A DNA stretch of 32,000 nt, taken from assembly GCF_000014785.1 (NCBI RefSeq), contig NC_008340.1, positions 2,670,001 to 2,702,000 on the forward strand. Direction: 5' to 3'. Below, piece by piece: positions 1-8,136 of the stretch. Every line of letters starts with the position of its first letter. The first letter of the stretch is position 1. The translations under genes and the position numbers were made by a program. The notes beneath the pieces are model-generated. The model did not search any database. It was not told the origin of the DNA and was given only the letters and a program-made list of their open reading frames with translations. This DNA is from Alkalilimnicola ehrlichii MLHE-1. GTDB taxonomy: Bacteria > Pseudomonadota > Gammaproteobacteria > Nitrococcales > Halorhodospiraceae.

Positions 1-1
1 T

Positions 2-565
2 GGGGGTGACCCCGGGCCCGACCTGGTGGCCGGCGCCATCGCCCTGCAGCCTGCCGACCCGGCCCGCCCCAATCTCTACGAGCAGTTCGACCTGCTGACC
101 GGCATGCGCCAGGCCCGTTACGCCCGGCGCGGCTACGGCGCCACCGCCAACCTGCTGGTCCGGCGTGCGGTGTTCGAGGTCGTGGGCCCCTTCGATGCCG
201 GTCGCTACTCGGGGGGCGACGCGGAGTTCTGCCGCCGGGCGGTGGCCGCCGGGCACGCCCTGCACTACGCTGCCGGGGCCGTGGTGGCGCACCCGGCCCG
301 CGACAGTTGGCCTGCGCTGGCCGCCAAGGCCCGTCGGGTGAAGGGCGGCCAGATCGTCAACGGCCCCTACTGGCGGCGCGCCCTGTGGCTGCTGCGCACC
401 CTGGCGCCGCCCGTCGACCACTGCGCCCGCCTGCTGCGCCATCCGCGTCCACCGGCCGCCCCGGCCCGCCGACTGCGGCTCTGCGGCCTGCGCCTGGGCC
501 TGTGGGGGGTGGAACTGGCCGAGGTGATCCGCCTGAGCACCGGCGGCCGCCCCCGGCGCGGCTGA
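2..565 (+). CDS. Glycosyltransferase (GT2-like) C-terminal fragment; 5' end lies outside the window
   Basis: The frame of ORF 26..565 is open back to the window edge. Composition looks like a real protein (…YGATANLLVRRAVFEVVGPFD…GGDAEFCRRA…). It is followed by glycan-type genes. The family call is by recall only. Confidence 0.45.
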   Translation, partial: GGDPGPDLVAGAIALQPADPARPNLYEQFDLLTGMRQARYARRGYGATANLLVRRAVFEVVGPFDAGRYSGGDAEFCRRAVAAGHALHYAAGAVVAHPARDSWPALAAKARRVKGGQIVNGPYWRRALWLLRTLAPPVDHCARLLRHPRPPAAPARRLRLCGLRLGLWGVELAEVIRLSTGGRPRRG

Positions 566-638
566 GGCAACGACGGCCCAGCGAGGCGATAATCATTCAT
601 GGCCCCGCCCCACTCGCGGGCCGGCAGAAAAGGACAGC

Positions 639-2450
639 ATGCCCGAGATACTGCGCAAAACCCTGGACCTGCTCACCGCCCGCGAGAAGCGCCGTGGCGC
701 GCTGGTGCTGGCGATGGTGGTGTGCATGGCGTTGCTGGAGACGGCGGGGGTGCTGTCGGTGGTGCCCTTTCTGGCGGTGCTGGGCAACCCGGAGGTGGTG
801 CACAACCAGCCGTTGCTGGCGGCCGCCTTCCGCTGGTCCGGGCTGGAGCGGGTGCAGGCGTTTCTGATCCTGCTGGCGCTGCTGGTCTTCCTGCTGCAGG
901 TGGTGGCGGCGGGTTTCCGTATGCTCACCCATTTCGTGCTCAACCGCTATATCGAGGGCCGCCGCCACAGCCTCAGCCAGCGGCTGCTGGAGACCTACCT
1001 GCGCCAGCCCTACACCTTCTTTCTCAACCGCAACAGCGCGGACATGACCAAGAGCATCCTCTCGGAGGTGGACATGTTCGTGCTGACGGTGATGCGCCCG
1101 CTGCTCTTCGCCACCGCCTACGCCATTGTCGCGCTGGCGATGATCGCCCTGCTGCTGTTCATCAACCCGTTGCTGGCCCTGGCGGTGGCGACCATCGTCG
1201 GCGGGCTGTACGCGCTGATGTTCCTGTCGGTGCGCGGCTGGCTGGGGCGGATCGGCCGCGAGCGCAGCCAGGCCAACCGCGAGCGCTTCGCCACCACCAG
1301 CGAGGTGCTGGGCGGGATCAAGGACATCAAGCTGCTGGGCCACGAGCAGGCCTATCTTTCGCGCTTCCGGCCGGCTTCGGCGCGCTTCACCCGCCACCTG
1401 GCCACCAGCGAGACGCTGGCCCAGATCCCGCGCTTCGCCATCGAGACGGTGGCGCTGGGCGGGGTGTTGATTCTCACCGTGGTGCTGATGGCCACCCACG
1501 GCGACGTGGGCGCCATGCTGCCCACCCTGGGGCTGTACGTATTCGCCGGTTACAAGCTGCTGCCGGCCATGCAGCATATCTATGCCGGGGTCAGTCGCAT
1601 GCGCTTTTCCGGTCAACTGGTGGCGGACATCCACGACGACCTGCGCGAGCGCCCGCGCCTGGCGCCCATCGACGGCGCACCGCCGGCACCGTTGCGGCCG
1701 CGGCGGGAGATCGCCCTGGAGGGCATCGATTTCACCTACCCCCAGGCCGATACCCCGGCCCTGCAGGGGATCGACCTGCACATCCCGGTGGGCCGGACGG
1801 TGGGGGTGGTGGGCAGCTCGGGCGCGGGCAAGACCACGCTGATCGATGTGCTGCTGGGGCTGCTGCTGCCCCAGGCGGGGCACATCCGGGTGGATGGCAC
1901 CGCCATCGATGACCGGCAGCGCCCGGCCTGGCGGCGGGCGTTGGGCTACGTGCCCCAGCATATCTTCCTGAGCGATGCCAGCGTGGCGGAGAACATCGCC
2001 CTGGGGGTGCCGCTGGAGCGCATCGACCACGCCGCGGTGGTGCGCTGCGCCCGGCTGGCGCACATCCACGAGTTCGTCTCGGGGTCGCTGCCCCGGGGTT
2101 ACGACACCCCGGTGGGTGAGCGGGGGGTCCGGCTCTCCGGTGGCCAGCGCCAGCGGCTGGGCATCGCCCGGGCGCTCTACCGCGACCCGGCGATCCTGGT
2201 CTTCGACGAGGCCACCAACGCCCTGGACAACGAGACCGAGCGGGAGGTGATGGCCGCGCTCTACGGCCTGGCGCGCAGCAAGACCATCATCATCATCGCC
2301 CACCGGCTCTCCACGGTGGAACGCTGCGACCACATCGTGATGCTGGAGCAGGGCCGGATCATCGACAGTGGCACCTTCGCCGAGCTGCTGCACAACCCGC
2401 GCTTCCGCCGTCTGGCCCAGGCCCGGCCGGGCGAGCCCGCCACCGGATGA
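639..2450 (+). CDS. Fused permease/ATPase ABC exporter (MsbA/PglK-like half transporter); no N-terminal C39 peptidase domain
   Basis: N-terminal half is hydrophobic. Walker [13 protein letters not shown] signature LSGGQRQR, Walker B ILVFDEAT and H-loop IIIAHRLS are all present. AAGGA lies 5 nt upstream of the ATG. Confidence 0.9.
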   Translation: MPEILRKTLDLLTAREKRRGALVLAMVVCMALLETAGVLSVVPFLAVLGNPEVVHNQPLLAAAFRWSGLERVQAFLILLALLVFLLQVVAAGFRMLTHFVLNRYIEGRRHSLSQRLLETYLRQPYTFFLNRNSADMTKSILSEVDMFVLTVMRPLLFATAYAIVALAMIALLLFINPLLALAVATIVGGLYALMFLSVRGWLGRIGRERSQANRERFATTSEVLGGIKDIKLLGHEQAYLSRFRPASARFTRHLATSETLAQIPRFAIETVALGGVLILTVVLMATHGDVGAMLPTLGLYVFAGYKLLPAMQHIYAGVSRMRFSGQLVADIHDDLRERPRLAPIDGAPPAPLRPRREIALEGIDFTYPQADTPALQGIDLHIPVGRTVGVVGSSGAGKTTLIDVLLGLLLPQAGHIRVDGTAIDDRQRPAWRRALGYVPQHIFLSDASVAENIALGVPLERIDHAAVVRCARLAHIHEFVSGSLPRGYDTPVGERGVRLSGGQRQRLGIARALYRDPAILVFDEATNALDNETEREVMAALYGLARSKTIIIIAHRLSTVERCDHIVMLEQGRIIDSGTFAELLHNPRFRRLAQARPGEPATG

Positions 2451-2453
2451 GCC

Positions 2454-3449
2454 ATGCTCCACCTGGTCACCCGCGCCGACTGTGATCACACCGCGCGCCG
2501 CTTCCTGTCGGCGGCGGGCCGCCGCCTGCGCGGGGTGCGCTTGCTGCACTATGAAACGCTGCTGCGGCGCCGGCGCGCCCCGTTGGGCCATTACATCTTC
2601 ACCGATTACGACCGGCTGACCGGCGCCGACGTGGACGCGGTGATCGCCCTGGCCGACGCGCTGGCGGCGCGCCGGCCGGACCTGCGCCTGCTCAACCACC
2701 CGCGCCGGGTGCTCGAGCGGGTGCCCCTGCTCTGCCGGCTGGAGGCGCTGGGGCGGAACGATTTCGGCGTGGTGCGGCTGGACACCGGGGCCCGGCCCCG
2801 GCGCTACCCGGTGTTCATCCGCAGTGAGGACGGCTGCGGCGGCCCGGAGACGGGGCTGATCCACGACGAGGCCGAGTTCGATGCCGCGCTGCGCGAGCTG
2901 GACCGCCGCGGGCTGACGCTGAAGCGGCGGATCGCCGTGGGCTTTTGCGCCGAACCCGACGCGCAGGGGCGCTATCGCAAGTACGGCGCGATGAACATCG
3001 GCGGGCGCATCATCCCGCAGCACCTCCATTGCAGCACGGACTGGAACGTGAAGTGGGGCCAGACCCGCTACCAGGCGGCGCTGGCGGCCGAGGAGGTGGA
3101 CTATCTGCGCGATAACCCCCACCGGGAACAGTTGCTGGAGATCTTCCGCATCGCCGGCATCGATTACGGGCGCATCGACTACGGCTTCGCCCGCGGCCGA
3201 CTGCAGACTTACGAGATCAACACCAACCCGGCCCTGCCGCGCTTTACCAGCCGCCATGGGCTGCGCGCCGGCCGCCACGACCTGATCCGGCCGGCGATGA
3301 TCGAGGCCTTCCAGGCCCTGGACGATCCGCCGGTGCCCCGGGGCCGGGTGCGCTTCCGCTGGGCGGACGACGGCGGGCCGAGCCTCTCCGCGCTGCGGCG
3401 CTCGATCCTCTACCGCCGGCTGCGCCAGCTCTACCACCGCTGGCTGTAG
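2454..3449 (+). CDS. ATP-grasp-like protein, paralog A (paralog of 11475..12446)
   Basis: ATG is 3 nt after the ABC stop codon. C-terminal block GIDYGRIDYGF…YEINTNP resembles the ATP-grasp Mg/ATP-binding E-x-N region. It aligns by eye with the second copy over most of its length. Confidence 0.55.
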   Translation: MLHLVTRADCDHTARRFLSAAGRRLRGVRLLHYETLLRRRRAPLGHYIFTDYDRLTGADVDAVIALADALAARRPDLRLLNHPRRVLERVPLLCRLEALGRNDFGVVRLDTGARPRRYPVFIRSEDGCGGPETGLIHDEAEFDAALRELDRRGLTLKRRIAVGFCAEPDAQGRYRKYGAMNIGGRIIPQHLHCSTDWNVKWGQTRYQAALAAEEVDYLRDNPHREQLLEIFRIAGIDYGRIDYGFARGRLQTYEINTNPALPRFTSRHGLRAGRHDLIRPAMIEAFQALDDPPVPRGRVRFRWADDGGPSLSALRRSILYRRLRQLYHRWL

Positions 3450-3496
3450 CGGGCGACGGGCGACCGTGCGCCCGGCCCGGGGGTGGACTAGGGTGA

Positions 3497-4897
3497 ATGG
3501 ATGACCACACCGCCCCAGGAGGGAGCATGCGCCGTCCAGACGAGGGCACCCTTGCCCGTATCGCCGAGGCCCTGGCATTCACGCCCACGGCAGCCTACTC
3601 GGCCCCCCACGATTACCCGCACGCCGCGAACACCTTCGAGCCGGCGCCCCGGCTGGCCCGGGAGCGGGTGGACGCGGACGTCTACCGACTCTATGCCCAT
3701 GTGCCCTTCTGCAACTACGCCTGCTCCTTCTGCTGCTACGCCAAGAAAGTGGGTGTGGAGCGCGAGCAGATGGCGCGCTACGTGGCGACCCTGAAGCGGG
3801 AGCTGGAGTGGATTCCCGAAGGCACCCCGGTGAACCAGTTCTTTATCGGCGGCGGCACCCCCACGGCGCTGCCCGCCGACCTGCTTGATGAACTACTGGG
3901 CGCCATCGCCGGGCGGATGCCCTACCACGGCGACCCGGTGCACACGGTGGAGGCCTCGCCGGAGTCCATCAGCGACGCCCATCTGGCGGTGTTGCAGCGC
4001 CACGGGGTGCGGCGGGTGAGCATGGGGGTGCAGAGCCTGGATGATGAGGTGCTGGATTCGGTACGCCGCAGCCACGGGCCGGATCTGGCGCTGGAGACCT
4101 GCCGGCGGATTATCGATGCCGGCCTGATCCTCAACATCGATCTGATATACGGCCTGCCGGGCCAGACCCACGCCGGCTTCCGGCGCGATTTCCAGCGGGT
4201 GGCGGACGCCGGGGTGCACGCGGTGACCGCCTACAACCTGCGCCTGAATGAACGCACCCCGGTATCCCGGGCCCTGAGCCCGGGGGAGCGGTTCGACATC
4301 GCCGGGCTGATGGGGTGGCGGGCCTTCGTCCGTGACACCGCCGCCGAGTTCGGCTTCTCCCAGACCCGCTGGCATACCTTCAAGCGCCTGGACACCATCG
4401 CCGCCCGCCACCAGTGGCTGCCCACCGCCGGGGCGGACATGCGGGGCCACCAGTTCGGCATCGGCATGAGCGCCCGTTCGTCGCTGGGCCACAACGTCTA
4501 CCGCAACCACCACAATCTGGAAACCTACATGGCGCGGGTGCGGGACGGCGAAAGCCCGGTGCAGGAGGTGATCCGCCTGGGGCCGCAGGACCTGCGCACC
4601 CAATTCATCGCCCGCAGCCTGGGCGACGGCCAGGTGCTGTCCAAGGCCCGCTACGCCGAGGTGTTCGGCAACGCCATCGAGGCCGACCACGGCGAGACGC
4701 TGGCCCGGTTGGCCGCCGGCGGGCTGTTGGCCGACACCGAATCCTCGGTCAGCCTCACCGAGGACGGCCGCCTGTTGCACGACCTGGTCACCCTCTCCTT
4801 CTACCCCGGGCCGGCCCGGCAGCGGCTGCTGCAGCGGCTGGACACCTTCCAACTCACCGATCTGAGTGACCGCCGGCCCCGGCCAGCCCTTCAATAA
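3497..4897 (+). CDS. HemN-like radical SAM enzyme (coproporphyrinogen dehydrogenase / class C methyltransferase family)
   Basis: CxxxCxxC motif in VPFCNYACSFCCY and HemN-type FFIGGGTP motif. An alternative start at ATG 3527 is preceded by AGGAGG. Confidence 0.85.
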   Translation: MDDHTAPGGSMRRPDEGTLARIAEALAFTPTAAYSAPHDYPHAANTFEPAPRLARERVDADVYRLYAHVPFCNYACSFCCYAKKVGVEREQMARYVATLKRELEWIPEGTPVNQFFIGGGTPTALPADLLDELLGAIAGRMPYHGDPVHTVEASPESISDAHLAVLQRHGVRRVSMGVQSLDDEVLDSVRRSHGPDLALETCRRIIDAGLILNIDLIYGLPGQTHAGFRRDFQRVADAGVHAVTAYNLRLNERTPVSRALSPGERFDIAGLMGWRAFVRDTAAEFGFSQTRWHTFKRLDTIAARHQWLPTAGADMRGHQFGIGMSARSSLGHNVYRNHHNLETYMARVRDGESPVQEVIRLGPQDLRTQFIARSLGDGQVLSKARYAEVFGNAIEADHGETLARLAAGGLLADTESSVSLTEDGRLLHDLVTLSFYPGPARQRLLQRLDTFQLTDLSDRRPRPALQ

Positions 4898-6044
4898 AGC
4901 GCCGGGCACCGCGGGCCCCGTCCAGATCGACGCCGGGGTCCGCGGGCGGCGCGTCCCGCAGCGCCCGCAGCTCATCGGCCACTGCCGCCACCGAGAAGGC
5001 CTCCGGGCGAAGCAGCCGCGCCAGCCCCCGTGCCTGCAGCCGTTCCGCCCGGCGTAACTGGTCGGACATGGCGGTATTGGGGACCAGTAGGGCCGGCCGG
5101 CGAAGCTGCAGCAACTGAGCACAGGTGTTGTAGCCGGCACAACTGATGGACAGCGCCGCCCCGCGCAGCCAGGCGCTGTACGCTGGGCCGAAGGGGTGCA
5201 ACGACAGCGCCGGCTGCCCCGCCACTGCGCGCGCCAGGGCCGGGTCCGGCGGGCCCAGGCCGCTGAACAGCGCCAGCGGCAGATCATCCAGGCCGGCCCG
5301 ACGACGGATGGCCGGCCAGTGCGCCGCCAGCCGGGCGAGCAGCGCCGCGGCGTCGCGCCCGCCGCCGATGCTGGCCACGGCGTAGGGCGACGGACCGGCA
5401 GTGGCGCCGGCCGCCCCTGCCGGCGCATCCGGGGCCAGGTCCGGACCTGGTGGGACCAGCCCGGTATGGCCCACCGACAGGCGGATGCGGCCGGCGGCCG
5501 GAAAGGCCTCCTCCAGCCGGCACAGGCCGGGGTCGGCGTGGACCATCACGGCGTCGAACCACTGGTGCAGCCGCGCCAGCACCTCCCGGACGTAGTCGCC
5601 GGCCGGGACTGGCTCGTGGCGGGTCTGCAGCGGGATATCCCGCACCGAGCAGACGGCGAGCAGGGCCGGGTTGCGCCGGCGGGCGGCCGCCAGCAGCCCG
5701 GTGACCTCCGCCCCCAGGCCCCACTTGCTGAAGGGGTAGTGCTCGACGATGACCACGTCCGGGGCCAAGCGGGCCACCGCGCCGGCCAGCCGCCGGGCGC
5801 GCTCCGGCCAGACAGCGGCGGCGGGCCTGCCGTCCAGGGTCTCCAGCCGGCCCTCCCGGCGCCGGAGGCGGGGCAGTGCCAGCAGCCGTCCGCCACCGGG
5901 GTCGGCGCCGGGAATGGACCGACCGCCGTCGCTGAGCCAGACCGTGTGGTGGCGCGCCAGCTCCCGGGTCAGCGCGAGGCCGCGCATGTAGTGGCCGACC
6001 CCGCTGAGGTGCTGGCAGTGGAAGAGGATGCGCAGGCGGGTCAC
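4854..6044 (-). CDS. GT-B fold glycosyltransferase (MurG/GT28-like C-terminus; resembles COG4671-type predicted glycosyltransferases)
   Basis: N-terminus ILFHCQHLSGVGHYMR and C-terminal CAGYNTCAQLL…PALLVP pattern. GTG start lies 10 nt after the Rieske stop codon. Confidence 0.65.
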   Translation of the reverse strand: MTRLRILFHCQHLSGVGHYMRGLALTRELARHHTVWLSDGGRSIPGADPGGGRLLALPRLRRREGRLETLDGRPAAAVWPERARRLAGAVARLAPDVVIVEHYPFSKWGLGAEVTGLLAAARRRNPALLAVCSVRDIPLQTRHEPVPAGDYVREVLARLHQWFDAVMVHADPGLCRLEEAFPAAGRIRLSVGHTGLVPPGPDLAPDAPAGAAGATAGPSPYAVASIGGGRDAAALLARLAAHWPAIRRRAGLDDLPLALFSGLGPPDPALARAVAGQPALSLHPFGPAYSAWLRGAALSISCAGYNTCAQLLQLRRPALLVPNTAMSDQLRRAERLQARGLARLLRPEAFSVAAVADELRALRDAPPADPGVDLDGARGARRFIEGLAGAGGHSDR

Positions 6045-6054
6045 CGGGTCGCGC

Positions 6055-7287
6055 TCAGGGCTGGAGCAGCGCGATGATCTGCTCTTTGAGCGGGCTGTAG
6101 CGCACGTGGCTCATCTCGATGGCCTCGCGCAGCAGCCGGCGGCCGTCGCCGAGCTTGTTCCGCTCTTGGGCGAAGCGGATGACCCGGTTTTCCGCCTCAT
6201 CGCGGATCACGCCCATGGGATCCAGCCCGTCGGCCACCCGCTGCGCCTGCTCCAGCAGCAGGCGCCGGTAGAGCACGATGCCCTTGTCCGAGGCCACCAG
6301 CCGCTCGCGGGTGCGGTCGGCGATGGCGCCCTGACTCACCCAGACCATGATGTCGCCGCCATCGACGAAGTCGACGATGTAGTCGCCGTGCTCATCCCGC
6401 CAGGGCACCGGGTAAAGGGGGATCTCGCGCTGGGGCGGCGCGCTGCGGCCCTCCGGCGGGAGGTAGCAGGCATACCAGTAGTGGCGGGTGTGGGTGTCAT
6501 CCATCGGCACGCGGAACTGGAAGCGGTGCTGGTTGCCGGTGCCCACCCTTAAGGCGCAGGGGAAGATCAGCGGATGGCCGGTGCGCCAGTCTTCGTCCTC
6601 CTCGCTGCCCCCCGCCACGATCCGCCGCTTGATGATGCCGTACTCAAAGACATCGAACCCGATGCGCTGGTGGTGCTTAAGGTACTGGGTGGGGGCGGGC
6701 TCGCCGCGCTCGCTGCGCACCCCGGCCAGGTGGTGGCCGTGGAGCCACTCCACGTGCGCCGGGTCGACGCTGTTCTCCATGATCTGCAGCCAATTGCAGG
6801 GCAACTCGGCGACACCGATGTCGCGCAGGGCATCGTCCTGCAGCAGCAGGTCGTAGCGGGGCAGCAACGGCGCGGGATCGGGCCCGATGTAGGCAAACAC
6901 CAGGCCGCCCAGCTCCTGGACCGGGAAACCCCGGGTGGCCGCGCGCCGGAGCAGCGCCGGCTTCTGTCGCGGCTCGGCGGGCATGGCCAGGCAATGGCCG
7001 TGGTGGTCGAACTTCCAGCCGTGGTAGGGGCAGGCGATGCCCTCCTCATCCACGTGGCCGCACCGCAGGGAGGCGCCGCGGTGGGTGCAGTGCTCGTCGA
7101 TCAGCCCCAGCCCGCCGGCCGGCGTGCGGAAGAGCACCAGGTCCTCGCCCAGCAGCCGGCGGGCCAGGGCCCGGCCGGGACGCACCTCCACGCTGGCGGC
7201 CAGCGGCCACCAGTAGCGGCGCAGCAGCTCGCCCATGGTCGTGCCGGGGCCGATGCGGGTGAGGGTCTCCTGGCGCTCCGGGGTCAT
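6055..7287 (-). CDS. Rieske [2Fe-2S] non-heme iron oxygenase, alpha-subunit type
   Basis: Rieske motif CTHRG…(17)…CPYHGW. Mononuclear iron motif ENSVDPAHVEWLH (E-x3-D-x2-H-x4-H). The ATG overlaps the methyltransferase stop codon (ATGA). Confidence 0.85.
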   Translation of the reverse strand: MTPERQETLTRIGPGTTMGELLRRYWWPLAASVEVRPGRALARRLLGEDLVLFRTPAGGLGLIDEHCTHRGASLRCGHVDEEGIACPYHGWKFDHHGHCLAMPAEPRQKPALLRRAATRGFPVQELGGLVFAYIGPDPAPLLPRYDLLLQDDALRDIGVAELPCNWLQIMENSVDPAHVEWLHGHHLAGVRSERGEPAPTQYLKHHQRIGFDVFEYGIIKRRIVAGGSEEDEDWRTGHPLIFPCALRVGTGNQHRFQFRVPMDDTHTRHYWYACYLPPEGRSAPPQREIPLYPVPWRDEHGDYIVDFVDGGDIMVWVSQGAIADRTRERLVASDKGIVLYRRLLLEQAQRVADGLDPMGVIRDEAENRVIRFAQERNKLGDGRRLLREAIEMSHVRYSPLKEQIIALLQP

Positions 7288-8027
7288 GGCCGCCCCTGCC
7301 CCCGCGCGCCGCTCTCCGGCGCGCCACCGGCTTCGGCACCCGGGAAGCGCCGGCGCAGCCCCTCCGGGTCACCGGGTCGACCCTGGACCAGGGTGAGCCC
7401 GCTGGCCACCGGCAGGGTGAACAGCTCCAGCCCGGGATCGGCGCGCAGGGCCGCCATCAAGTCGCAGACGCTGTGCTGGTAGGCCCGGTCCTCGCCGTAG
7501 AAGGTGCTGGTCCGGCGTACGGTGCTGTCGTGGAACAGGGTGATGGCGCCGGTATCCAGCTTGGGGAGGAAGGCCAGGTAGTCGTAACAGGCCTGTGCCG
7601 CGGTGTGCAGTCCGTCCACCATCAGCAGCCCCACCGCGCCCAGTCCGGCGTAGGCCGGGTCGGCCGCGAAGGACTGCGTGGTGTGGCGGTGGTGGCGCAC
7701 GTTGGGTGTGCCCAGGGCGTCGAAATGGGCCTCCACGGCGCCGGGATCGGCCCAGAAGCCGTCGGCGAAGGAGGGGTCGATGAAGTGGACCTCGCCGCGC
7801 TCCTGGTTGTCGTTCAGCGCGCGGGCGATGACGCTGGGCGCGAAGCCCCGGTAGGACCCGATGACCACCGCCCGCTCCGGCCTAAGGATGCGGCCCAGGG
7901 CGTAGTAGAGCCAGCCCAGGCCCAGGTTGTGGTCGGCCAGGCGCTGGCCGTGCCCCATGCGCAGCAGATCCGGCTGCTCGAACAGCCGGCCGATGAAGCC
8001 ATCCAGGGTGGTGGCGGGGTCGGTCAT
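7284..8027 (-). CDS. Probable class I SAM-dependent methyltransferase (CmcI/TylF-like)
   Basis: VVIGSYRGFAPS glycine-rich motif at the position expected for a SAM-binding loop. Size is about 250 aa. Translationally coupled to the Rieske gene. Family call is by recall. Confidence 0.5.
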   Translation of the reverse strand: MTDPATTLDGFIGRLFEQPDLLRMGHGQRLADHNLGLGWLYYALGRILRPERAVVIGSYRGFAPSVIARALNDNQERGEVHFIDPSFADGFWADPGAVEAHFDALGTPNVRHHRHTTQSFAADPAYAGLGAVGLLMVDGLHTAAQACYDYLAFLPKLDTGAITLFHDSTVRRTSTFYGEDRAYQHSVCDLMAALRADPGLELFTLPVASGLTLVQGRPGDPEGLRRRFPGAEAGGAPESGARGQGRP

Positions 8028-8136
8028 CTAGGGTGTTTTCCCGGCATTGGCGGTGAATGGGTTGGAATCAGGCCTTCTAGGACTAATCGACCATGGGCCC
8101 ACCGCTGTCAAGCGGTTGCGGCCCGCCACCCGCGGC

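Noticed and set aside
639-2450. ABC exporter as a bacteriocin-type (double-glycine leader) processing transporter for the 53-aa peptide
   Set aside because: The protein starts directly with the transmembrane domain and has no room for an N-terminal C39 peptidase domain (603 aa in total). The GG in the peptide lies inside the repeat core, not at a leader junction. Export of a modified peptide remains possible, but leader cleavage by this protein is not supported.
597-3578. 993-aa ORF on the minus strand, the longest in the track
   Set aside because: It is antisense to three motif-supported genes (ABC exporter, ATP-grasp, start of the radical SAM gene). It has extreme Arg/Gly/Pro/Ala/Gln composition and no recognisable motifs. 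This is a typical stop-free antisense frame of a high-GC genome.
3893-5428. 511-aa minus-strand ORF spanning the convergent gene junction
   Set aside because: It crosses from antisense of the radical SAM gene into an alternative frame of the glycosyltransferase gene. It has no start context and an artefact composition.
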